In this document: in pieces, positions 1 through 6,587 of the stretch
Layout of the letters: each line of letters opens with the position of its first letter
Position numbering within the stretch: position 1 is the first letter of the stretch
DNA from: an uncultured virus (IMG/VR IMGVR_UViG_3300034106_004022)
Taxonomy: Duplodnaviria > Heunggongvirae > Uroviricota > Caudoviricetes
Reading direction: 5' to 3' (one strand)
Length of the DNA stretch: 20,000 nucleotides
IMG/VR virus record: IMGVR_UViG_3300034106_004022
Coordinates: 111,433 to 131,432 of that record
Notes under the pieces: model-generated
Seen by the model: the letters and a program-made list of their open reading frames with translations, nothing else
What the model was told of the DNA's origin: nothing
Databases searched by the model: none
Translations under genes and position numbers: made by a program

Positions 1-498
1 CCCAAACAACGAACTAAACGTGGGTTAGGTGCAAAACCTCTAATGGAATCTGAAATTAGAGATGTACAACAAAAAGCACGTTCCGCTATGGAAGCTGCTA
101 GAATGTTGGGAGTATCATACAATACATATAAGAAATACGCAAGAGATTATGGTATCTTTGAAGATTTGAAGAATCCATTTGGACTTGGTATAACCAAAGG
201 TTCATCTGATAAGGGTAGTACCCATGCATTGGATGATATCTTAGCTGGTATGTATCCCAATTACCCAATACATAAATTCAAAAAGAGATTATTGAATAAT
301 GGATATATGTTAGAAAAATGTAATAGTTGTGGATTTGAAGAAAAACGGGTAACCGATTTCAAGGTTCCATTAGTATTAGATTTTATTGATGGAGATAGAT
401 GCAACCACAAATATGAGAACCTTAGAATGCTATGTTTTAATTGCTCATTCCTTATAAATGGGAACCTTACAGGTCCAAAAGCGGAGTACGAATATTAA
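1..498 (+). CDS. HTH + degenerate HNH (Zn-binding) protein, probably 5'-truncated by the window edge
   Basis: Frame is open from base 1 (PKQRTKRGLGAKPL) into the ATG at 43. HTH-like SAMEAARMLGVSYNTYKKYA. C-terminal CNSCG...LVLDFIDGDRCNHKYENLRMLCFNCS follows the HNH pattern CxxC...LDHIDG..N..ENLR.LCPNCH, but both His positions are substituted. Confidence 0.75.
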   Translation, partial: PKQRTKRGLGAKPLMESEIRDVQQKARSAMEAARMLGVSYNTYKKYARDYGIFEDLKNPFGLGITKGSSDKGSTHALDDILAGMYPNYPIHKFKKRLLNNGYMLEKCNSCGFEEKRVTDFKVPLVLDFIDGDRCNHKYENLRMLCFNCSFLINGNLTGPKAEYEY

Positions 499-503
499 TT
501 TTA

Positions 504-542
504 AAAAAAGTTTGGTAAATTCAGATTTTTTTCGTATCTTTA
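504..542 (+). promoter_or_regulatory. Bacteroidota-type sigma70 promoter overlapping a weak terminator-like hairpin
   Basis: TTTG 511-514, 20-nt spacer, TATCTTTA 535-542 (consensus TAnnTTTG). Imperfect inverted repeat aaaaaaagtttg-gtaaatt-cagattttttt. Confidence 0.65.
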
Positions 543-580
543 CATAAATAAACAATATATATAAATATAAAACACAAATT

Positions 581-793
581 ATGAACAAGTATTTTGAAGT
601 TACAGTAGAAGTTGTAGTTGCCACTCTTAAGAATGGTAAAGACAAGAAGAACAAAGAAATTTATTTAGTAGATGCACAATCGGTAACAGAAGCTGAAGCA
701 AGAGTTGTAAAAGACTTTATGGATGCGGGTGTGGTTGTAGACTACAAAGTAAGTGGAGCAAGAGAAAGCAGAATTATCAGAGTTATTGAATAA
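581..793 (+). CDS. DUF4494-like protein
   Basis: YFEVTV...LKNGKDKKNKEIYLVDAQSVTEAEARV resembles the Bacteroidota DUF4494 pattern (ENG..KKV.E.YLVDA.SFTEAEAR). Confidence 0.75.
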   Translation: MNKYFEVTVEVVVATLKNGKDKKNKEIYLVDAQSVTEAEARVVKDFMDAGVVVDYKVSGARESRIIRVIE

Positions 794-1056
794 TGAAAGA
801 ACCTGAAGTTATTACCGAAGAGGTGAAAATAAAAGTTGCTAAGAGAGTAGCACCTGGAGACAGGTGGACTCCCTTAGACAACACTTCAGTCATACTTGAA
901 TCGTTGACCGATTTATTAGAGTATGTTTATCAGAAAAGAGGCAATACACAATTTTACATGGATGCTAAGGATGGTTTCACTTACGTGATTGAAAAAGAAC
1001 AAAAAGTAATAGAACCACAACCCGATAAAAAGTATTCATTGTATGGAGAGTATTAG
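793..1056 (+). CDS. hypothetical protein (87 aa)
   Basis: Coupled to the upstream gene by a TAATG stop/start overlap; no recognisable motif. Confidence 0.7.
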   Translation: MKEPEVITEEVKIKVAKRVAPGDRWTPLDNTSVILESLTDLLEYVYQKRGNTQFYMDAKDGFTYVIEKEQKVIEPQPDKKYSLYGEY

Positions 1057-1189
1057 AACCTATTTTAAAAGATTATTATTAGGATTAGCAATAACATTTG
1101 TAACCATCTTATCAGATAAGAAACTACATGTAATAAACAAAGATATGGTTTCGGATTCAGTTGATGATGATTTTCATATGTTTATCTAA
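1043..1189 (+). CDS. small hypothetical protein (48 aa) with hydrophobic segment; not in the ORF track
   Basis: My translation: MESIRTYFKRLLLGLAITFVTILSDKKLHVINKDMVSDSVDDDFHMFI*. Overlaps the upstream stop and fills the gap. Confidence 0.55.
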   Translation: MESIRTYFKRLLLGLAITFVTILSDKKLHVINKDMVSDSVDDDFHMFI

Positions 1190-1197
1190 TTTTGATA

Positions 1198-1206
1198 ATA
1201 TTTATA
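1198..1206 (+). promoter_or_regulatory. ATATTTATA motif, candidate phage late promoter
   Basis: Same 9-mer occurs at 13660, 14212 and 17674, each 25-46 nt upstream of a start codon. Confidence 0.4.
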
Positions 1207-1236
1207 TCAAAGTAAATTAATTTAAAAAAAAAAAGA

Positions 1237-1536
1237 ATGAACACAATTTTAATTATTATTGGAGTATTAGCTGTAGCTATTGGTATCGTAATCTATTTAC
1301 AAAAGACAGGTAAAATAGAAGATAAGGATGGAGATTTAATTCCAGACTCAATTGAAGATACAGCAGCTAAAGTTAAAGAAGTAACTAAGCAAGTTAAGGT
1401 TAGAGCTAATAATATTGCTAAAGAATCTAAAGAAGTTGTTGCAGCGGTTAAGAAAGTTGCTAAAGAATCTAAAGATGTAATTGATGCAGTTAAAGGAACT
1501 TCTAAAGGAAAAAGAAAACCATCTACAAAAAAATAA
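1237..1536 (+). CDS. N-terminally membrane-anchored, Lys-rich protein with a 14-aa repeat
   Basis: TM helix ILIIIGVLAVAIGIVIYL; DKDGDLIPD motif; AKESKEVVAAVKKV/AKESKDVIDAVK repeat (19-bp direct repeat at 1415-1433 and 1457-1475). Confidence 0.75.
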   Translation: MNTILIIIGVLAVAIGIVIYLQKTGKIEDKDGDLIPDSIEDTAAKVKEVTKQVKVRANNIAKESKEVVAAVKKVAKESKDVIDAVKGTSKGKRKPSTKK

Positions 1537-1818
1537 ATGGATTATTTATTGATTTTTAGTATAATCGCAATTATATTCATATTAGGGATTTTTGTAATCA
1601 TTAGAATGATGTATCAAACTAATGAATTGAAATATGAACTAAAATTGGCTAAAGTAAATTGCCAAAAGGATTTGGATAGAATTGAAGATAAAATTAATCA
1701 ATTGGTACATAAAGATAGTTCATACTATTTTAATGAAATCCAAAAATTAGAAAAGTTGCAAAACACTTTAGCTAAGTTGATTGATTCACAAGTCAATAAA
1801 TTTGATTCACAAAAATAA
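1537..1818 (+). CDS. membrane protein with one TM helix and a coiled-coil-like tail
   Basis: Hydrophobic YLLIFSIIAIIFILGIFVIIRMMY followed by a heptad-like charged region. Confidence 0.7.
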   Translation: MDYLLIFSIIAIIFILGIFVIIRMMYQTNELKYELKLAKVNCQKDLDRIEDKINQLVHKDSSYYFNEIQKLEKLQNTLAKLIDSQVNKFDSQK

Positions 1819-1837
1819 ATTTAAGTATTAGTTTATT

Positions 1838-1978
1838 ATGAAGCAGAATAATTCACTTTCTTCAAACCATTGGGATAATGAGTTTGATGGAATGAAAAAG
1901 AAACTCGCAAATAAGAAAAAAACTGAATATAAAAGAAAAGAGAAGTATCGTAAGGATAGATTCTCAGATGATTACTAA
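1838..1978 (+). CDS. small basic hypothetical protein (46 aa); not in the ORF track
   Basis: My translation: MKQNNSLSSNHWDNEFDGMKKKLANKKKTEYKRKEKYRKDRFSDDY*. Fills the gap between neighbours. Confidence 0.6.
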   Translation: MKQNNSLSSNHWDNEFDGMKKKLANKKKTEYKRKEKYRKDRFSDDY

Positions 1979-1999
1979 TCATTAGGTTATACTTGTTTA

Positions 2000-2749
2000 A
2001 TGGAAGATGTTACAATTTTAATTCAGGGTAAAATTACCCAAGAAACCTATAATTTCTATGTTGAGGCCTATCCTCAATATCCAATTGTAATTTCAACTTG
2101 GTCTAATCATCAATTAGACCTTTCTTATTTTCCTAATAATTTAACAATAGTTCAATCTCATTTACCTGAAAAATCAGGTGACCAGAATATGAACTATCAA
2201 TTCATATCTACGTTAAATGGACTTAGTAATGTTAAAACTAAATATGTAATAAAATTTAGAGGAGATGAGTATTTTTCAAATATAAATACCATTAGTGAAT
2301 CTATAAAAAGTAACCCATCAAAGATATGGTCAGCACCTATATTTTTTAGACACCCATTACATTTCAAATATCATATATCAGACCACATCATTGGTGGTAC
2401 AATCGAATCTCTTAAATTTATGTATAGTGCAGCTAAGTATGCATTTGATAATGAATTGATATTTCATGTAAAGGATGGGGTTAAACATAAATATTGGGAA
2501 CCTGAAATCCATCTAACTCGTTCATTTTTAATGGCTAAGTATAAAACTGATTTGGTAAATGAAACCCCAGCAGAAATAATGTTTGAAAATTTTGATATAT
2601 TAAAATTGGATAAATTAAAACCATATAAAGTAATTGCAAATATATTTAAAACGCATTGGTATAGTGATTTTTCACCACATAATAATGAAAGTATAGAAAA
2701 TATAAATGAATTATTTGATGAAATATTGCCTTATAACAAATGGAAATGA
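2000..2749 (+). CDS. WavE-like lipopolysaccharide synthesis family protein
   Basis: VTILIQG...IVISTW...NMNYQFISTLNGLSNVKTKYVIKFRGD...HISDHIIGG matches the WavE pattern (VVQG, ILSTW, N.NRQI.ST..GL..VKT.Y..KLR.D, H.SD). Confidence 0.7.
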   Translation: MEDVTILIQGKITQETYNFYVEAYPQYPIVISTWSNHQLDLSYFPNNLTIVQSHLPEKSGDQNMNYQFISTLNGLSNVKTKYVIKFRGDEYFSNINTISESIKSNPSKIWSAPIFFRHPLHFKYHISDHIIGGTIESLKFMYSAAKYAFDNELIFHVKDGVKHKYWEPEIHLTRSFLMAKYKTDLVNETPAEIMFENFDILKLDKLKPYKVIANIFKTHWYSDFSPHNNESIENINELFDEILPYNKWK

Positions 2750-3210
2750 TACTAATATCACATAGGGGAAATTTAGAAGGTAAATTAACGGATGTTGAAA
2801 ATAGACCTGATTATATAGATGAAGCACTTAATGCTGGATATGATGTTGAAATTGATGTGTGGATGATAGAAGGTGTTCTTTTATTAGGACATGATGAACC
2901 ACAATATGGAATCTCACAACACTGGTTAAACGAAAGACATTCTAAGTTGTGGATACATTGTAAAAATGTAGAAGCAATAGAGTGGTTTAATATGATTGGT
3001 GGATTCAATTACTTTTGGCATGAAGAAGATACAATGACATTAACATCACATGGTTATATGTGGGTGTATCCAGGAAAACAACCTGTTAAAAATAGTATTG
3101 CAGTAATGCCTGAAATTCATAATGATGATATTTCAGAATGTAAAGGAGTTTGTTCGGATTATATAAAAAATTACAAAGATGAAAAAAGTAGTAGCGGGGA
3201 TTTGTATTAA
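2746..3210 (+). CDS. glycerophosphodiester phosphodiesterase (GDPD/PLC-like) family protein
   Basis: ISHRGN...EN...A...GYDVEIDVW...LGHD...LWIHCKN. Start is 2746 (MILISHRG, ATGA overlap) or 2740. Confidence 0.75.
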   Translation: MILISHRGNLEGKLTDVENRPDYIDEALNAGYDVEIDVWMIEGVLLLGHDEPQYGISQHWLNERHSKLWIHCKNVEAIEWFNMIGGFNYFWHEEDTMTLTSHGYMWVYPGKQPVKNSIAVMPEIHNDDISECKGVCSDYIKNYKDEKSSSGDLY

Positions 3211-3565
3211 GTATATTGATAACACACCATATGTGTTATTAGGATTGAAACCTGATGGGCATTGGGAATTTCCTGGTGGAAAGGTGGAAGTTGGTGAAAT
3301 TGATAAACAAGCTCTTGAAAGGGAGTGGATAGAGGAATTAGATGCAATTGTTAAAGTTGGTGAATTTTATACCAGCGTACAAGAACATCCATATGATGTT
3401 TGGTTCTATAATGTAGAACTTACCAAAGATGATAATGATGGTAGTGGAGCAAAAGCAAAAGAACATATTGATGTAACTTGGTTTGATATTTCTAATTTGG
3501 ATTCAATTCCAATGGCATCTACAAACTATATAGTTGCTAACTTATTAATGCAAGATTATTTATAA
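3179..3565 (+). CDS. Nudix hydrolase (MutT/NudG-like)
   Basis: WEFPGGKVEVGEIDKQALEREWIEELD is a Nudix box (GX5EX7REUXEE); EH..V.W near the C-terminus. Confidence 0.9.
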   Translation: MKKVVAGICIKYIDNTPYVLLGLKPDGHWEFPGGKVEVGEIDKQALEREWIEELDAIVKVGEFYTSVQEHPYDVWFYNVELTKDDNDGSGAKAKEHIDVTWFDISNLDSIPMASTNYIVANLLMQDYL

Positions 3566-3885
3566 TGAAAGTAGATAAATTAAATGATTTTTTTAAAGGA
3601 TGGGTAGTTGGAAACTTCAACCCATCTCTTTTCAAAACGAACGATTTTGAGGTAGCTGTTAAGGAATATAAAACAGGGGATTATGAAGTAGCCCATTATC
3701 ACAAAGTTGCAACTGAAATAACAATTATAACACAAGGATTGGTTCGTATGAATGGTACTGTTTATACAAAGGGTGATGTAATTACAATCGAACCCGGTGA
3801 ATCTACTGATTTTAAAGTTTTAGATAATACAACAACAACAGTTATTAAATTCCCTTGTGTAGAGGGTGATAAATATTTACTATGA
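3565..3885 (+). CDS. cupin domain protein
   Basis: KGWVVGNF.P, HYHK.ATE metal-binding motif 1, GDVITIEPGE motif 2. Confidence 0.8.
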   Translation: MKVDKLNDFFKGWVVGNFNPSLFKTNDFEVAVKEYKTGDYEVAHYHKVATEITIITQGLVRMNGTVYTKGDVITIEPGESTDFKVLDNTTTTVIKFPCVEGDKYLL

Positions 3886-5375
3886 TAAATTACGTTTACA
3901 TAAAAATACCAGCATCCGATTTTGGGTTATTTGAAAATTTATTTCATGGCAAAAGAGCCAATGAATACAAAATACATTCAGCAGGACATAGTTGGAACTA
4001 TCCTACTAAAATAAAAGGTTGGCAAGATTGGGATTACCCACAACAAACACCTAATATATTTAGAGATGTAGCTACATTTAAGTTAAGTCCAAATGATGTA
4101 TTTATTACAACTATTAGAAATCCATTTAATATTTTGGTAGATTATTATAAAGAAAACTGGGCTAATCTAAAGACTCATTATAATCTAGCTGATATAAATT
4201 CAGTTGATGATTTCCAAAAATTTGTGGATATCTATCTAAATAAATCTATTGTATTTCATGCACCCGCATTTCGTAACTCAATGTTTTCACAATTAAAGGA
4301 TATCAATGGTAATTGGTTATTTGATGATAATAGTATTATAATAAGGAGTGAATATATTAATGAGGATTTAGCTAAATTCTCAGAAACAATAAATTTACCA
4401 ATATCGCTTGAATTCACACAACCAAAGGTTGATAACGTTATAACATATAGAGATGACCAAATTGAGAGATTAACAAAATTATGGAAATCTGACTTGGATT
4501 ATTTCGGATATTCATTTAATAAATCAGAAATGAACACAAAAAAACAAACTAACAGTTTACATAAGCCAAAGATAGCATTGTGTTTCTCTGGTGAAATAAG
4601 AGATTTAGATAGAACTAAGGAGTATTGGGGTGAATTGATTAAGAAGTATGACATTGATGTATATGGTTCATTCTGGGACACTTATAATACTGAATGTGGT
4701 GATACTATTGAAAACTTTCATAGGATATACAATGTTAAGAAGGTGGAGGTTGAAAATTATAATTCATTTAATGAATCTACCTTATCTATTCTAAGAATTG
4801 GTATTGAACCACCAACTTCATTATTGTATTTTTTAAGAGATTCCTGTGTGAACTTTGGTACAATGAGTATGTGGTACAAAATTTGGAGAGCAAATTTATT
4901 AACAAAGGATTTGGGTATTGATTATGATATTGTAATAAGAGCTAGAACTGATACTTATTTTGATGATAATTTAGATATATCCATTAATGATATGTTAAAT
5001 TTACCACATGGTAGGGTTAGGTTAAATAATCACGATAAATCGGAGGGTATATCGGACCTATTTGCATATGGTTCACCAAAGATGATGGATTATTATTCAA
5101 CGTGCTATTTTTTCATAATGAATTATTTAACTGAAGGGTATTATTTGGTTCCACATGAGCATATGTTGCATATTCATATGAACAAAATAAACGTTCCAAT
5201 TAGATTTATGGTTAATAACATAACAATCACAAGAACATCCAGAGGAACTGAGGATGAAGTATATTGTAATGGTGTTGATATAAATGAAGAGATTTTACAA
5301 TCGGATTTTATGGAACTGGAACCACAAAAAGATTTATTCTACAAAGCAAATATTAAAGAAAAATTCAAAATATGA
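3882..5375 (+). CDS. fusion of a sulfotransferase-like N-terminal domain and a putative glycosyltransferase-like C-terminal domain
   Basis: N-half: FITTIRNPF..LVDYY, IIRSEYINEDL, KSDLDYFGYSF (Sulfotransfer_2-like). C-half: KIALCFSGEIR, SMWYKIWRAN, YDIVIRARTD, ISDLFAYGS, PHE (viral GT-like family). Confidence 0.65.
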   Translation: MINYVYIKIPASDFGLFENLFHGKRANEYKIHSAGHSWNYPTKIKGWQDWDYPQQTPNIFRDVATFKLSPNDVFITTIRNPFNILVDYYKENWANLKTHYNLADINSVDDFQKFVDIYLNKSIVFHAPAFRNSMFSQLKDINGNWLFDDNSIIIRSEYINEDLAKFSETINLPISLEFTQPKVDNVITYRDDQIERLTKLWKSDLDYFGYSFNKSEMNTKKQTNSLHKPKIALCFSGEIRDLDRTKEYWGELIKKYDIDVYGSFWDTYNTECGDTIENFHRIYNVKKVEVENYNSFNESTLSILRIGIEPPTSLLYFLRDSCVNFGTMSMWYKIWRANLLTKDLGIDYDIVIRARTDTYFDDNLDISINDMLNLPHGRVRLNNHDKSEGISDLFAYGSPKMMDYYSTCYFFIMNYLTEGYYLVPHEHMLHIHMNKINVPIRFMVNNITITRTSRGTEDEVYCNGVDINEEILQSDFMELEPQKDLFYKANIKEKFKI

Positions 5376-6058
5376 AAAAGTTTATTTTTATAACCATTTC
5401 CGTAGTATTACTACCAATATTTGGATATTCTCAAACCAAATTGGACTCACTTGATTTTGATAAGTACATACATTCAATTACAGGTAGGTTTTCAACTAAA
5501 TACCATTCAACCATTGATACCACCAGAGGTGATGTATTAGTAAGGACTGTAGAGTATGATACACATGATGAAGCGACTCTAATCTATACTCAGCAAGGTG
5601 AACTAATTGAGGGTAAGTACTATCCATATAGACAACGTATATACGCAATATACCAAATTGATGATTATTACATTGGTTTAAACATATTCTCAATACCAAA
5701 TGAAGTTGATTTTTGGAATGTACTAACTGATACCAAAGTTGCGTCTGGTAAGTTTAATTTAGATGATATAACATTTAAAGTTGATACCAACAAACTAAAG
5801 GCACTTGCCATCTATGACCTACCATATAAAGTGGGGTGTGATATAAAGATATACAAAGATAACTTAGGGGCATTTAGAGGTAGTACCAATGAATCGGATT
5901 GTAAAGGCTCATTTAAGGGAGCAACCTACACTACAACTGAGTTTGTAATATACCAACACGAAGTTATTAGTTGGGAGAGGGGTTGGGATGATTCTGGAAC
6001 TCAAATATGGGGGCCAAAAACAGGTCCATATATCTACTCAAAAGTTGCAAATCACTAA
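5372..6058 (+). CDS. CpcT/CpeT chromophore-lyase-like protein with signal peptide
   Basis: IYTQQG...PYRQRIY, GCDI, FRGST...C...FKGATY.TTEF.I....ISWERGWDDSGTQIWG...GPYIY match T-type bilin lyase motifs. The N-terminus MKKFIFITISVVLLPIFGYSQ looks like a Sec signal peptide. Confidence 0.8.
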   Translation: MKKFIFITISVVLLPIFGYSQTKLDSLDFDKYIHSITGRFSTKYHSTIDTTRGDVLVRTVEYDTHDEATLIYTQQGELIEGKYYPYRQRIYAIYQIDDYYIGLNIFSIPNEVDFWNVLTDTKVASGKFNLDDITFKVDTNKLKALAIYDLPYKVGCDIKIYKDNLGAFRGSTNESDCKGSFKGATYTTTEFVIYQHEVISWERGWDDSGTQIWGPKTGPYIYSKVANH

Positions 6059-6105
6059 TTTTTCAAATATCTTATATTTAAACCCATATAAATAAAAACA
6101 TTATT

Positions 6106-6264
6106 ATGGATATAAGTGAAAGAATTCAAGATATTATTGATGGTTTAGAGGAGGCAATATCATATGAAGAGTGGAAACAGGTAGAGGATGCTAGAAAAGA
6201 GTTATTATTTCTATTAGCAGACTTAGATTCAGATTTTCCATCTACATTTGAGGAAGATTTTTAA
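6106..6264 (+). CDS. small highly acidic protein (52 aa); not in the ORF track
   Basis: My translation: MDISERIQDIIDGLEEAISYEEWKQVEDARKELLFLLADLDSDFPSTFEEDF*. 17 D/E versus 4 K/R; A-rich leader. Confidence 0.7.
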   Translation: MDISERIQDIIDGLEEAISYEEWKQVEDARKELLFLLADLDSDFPSTFEEDF

Positions 6265-6289
6265 GAAAATCGTAAGATTTTTAAGAAAA
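6254..6289 (+). repeat. 16-bp direct repeat AAGATTTTTAAGAAAA x2 (20-bp period)
   Basis: Identical copies at 6254-6269 and 6274-6289, immediately upstream of the promoter at 6292. Confidence 0.85.
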
Positions 6290-6291
6290 CC

Positions 6292-6359
6292 CTTGTTTAT
6301 ATCAAATATTATTCGTATATTAGACAGGTAATTGAGAGAGTAATTAATCAAACCCCTAA
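6292..6359 (+). promoter_or_regulatory. promoter-leader cassette A, copy 1
   Basis: CTTG 6292-6295, N20, TATATTAG 6316-6323. 63/68 identical to 9079-9146 with a 37-bp identical core. Confidence 0.85.
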
Positions 6360-6362
6360 TAT

Positions 6363-6503
6363 ATGAAACCAAAAAACACCCTTCCAACCCACAGACGATT
6401 GTTAATCGAGTCGATGGAACTACTTTTTAGTGGTAAAAAAACCAAAGCTAAAAAGACACTAAAACAAGCCAAATTAGAGATTGATAAATTTTATCAAAAA
6501 TAA
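6363..6503 (+). CDS. small basic protein (46 aa); not in the ORF track
   Basis: My translation: MKPKNTLPTHRRLLIESMELLFSGKKTKAKKTLKQAKLEIDKFYQK*. Directly follows cassette A and its AAACCCCTAA leader. Confidence 0.7.
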   Translation: MKPKNTLPTHRRLLIESMELLFSGKKTKAKKTLKQAKLEIDKFYQK

Positions 6504-6514
6504 CTTCAATTTTA

Positions 6515-6587
6515 TTTGGATATCTCAGGTATTTGTCGTATATTTGAGTATAAGATTAAGAGATAAATTAATTAAAACCCTAAAAAT
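6515..6587 (+). promoter_or_regulatory. promoter-leader cassette B, copy 1
   Basis: TTTG 6515-6518, N20, TATATTTG 6539-6546 (matches the Bacteroidota consensus exactly). GTATATTTGAGTATAAGATT is identical to 8771-8790. Confidence 0.85.

Noticed and set aside
5372..6058. Cyanophage assignment based on the CpeT-like and CobS-like genes
   Set aside because: Promoter consensus, lack of SD, DUF4494-like gene and the signal peptide point to Bacteroidota; no photosynthesis genes are present.
560..6094. T4-type late promoter TATAAATA at 560-567 and 6087-6094
   Set aside because: Only two copies noticed, both in very AT-rich leaders, one already explained by a host-type promoter; not distinguishable from chance.
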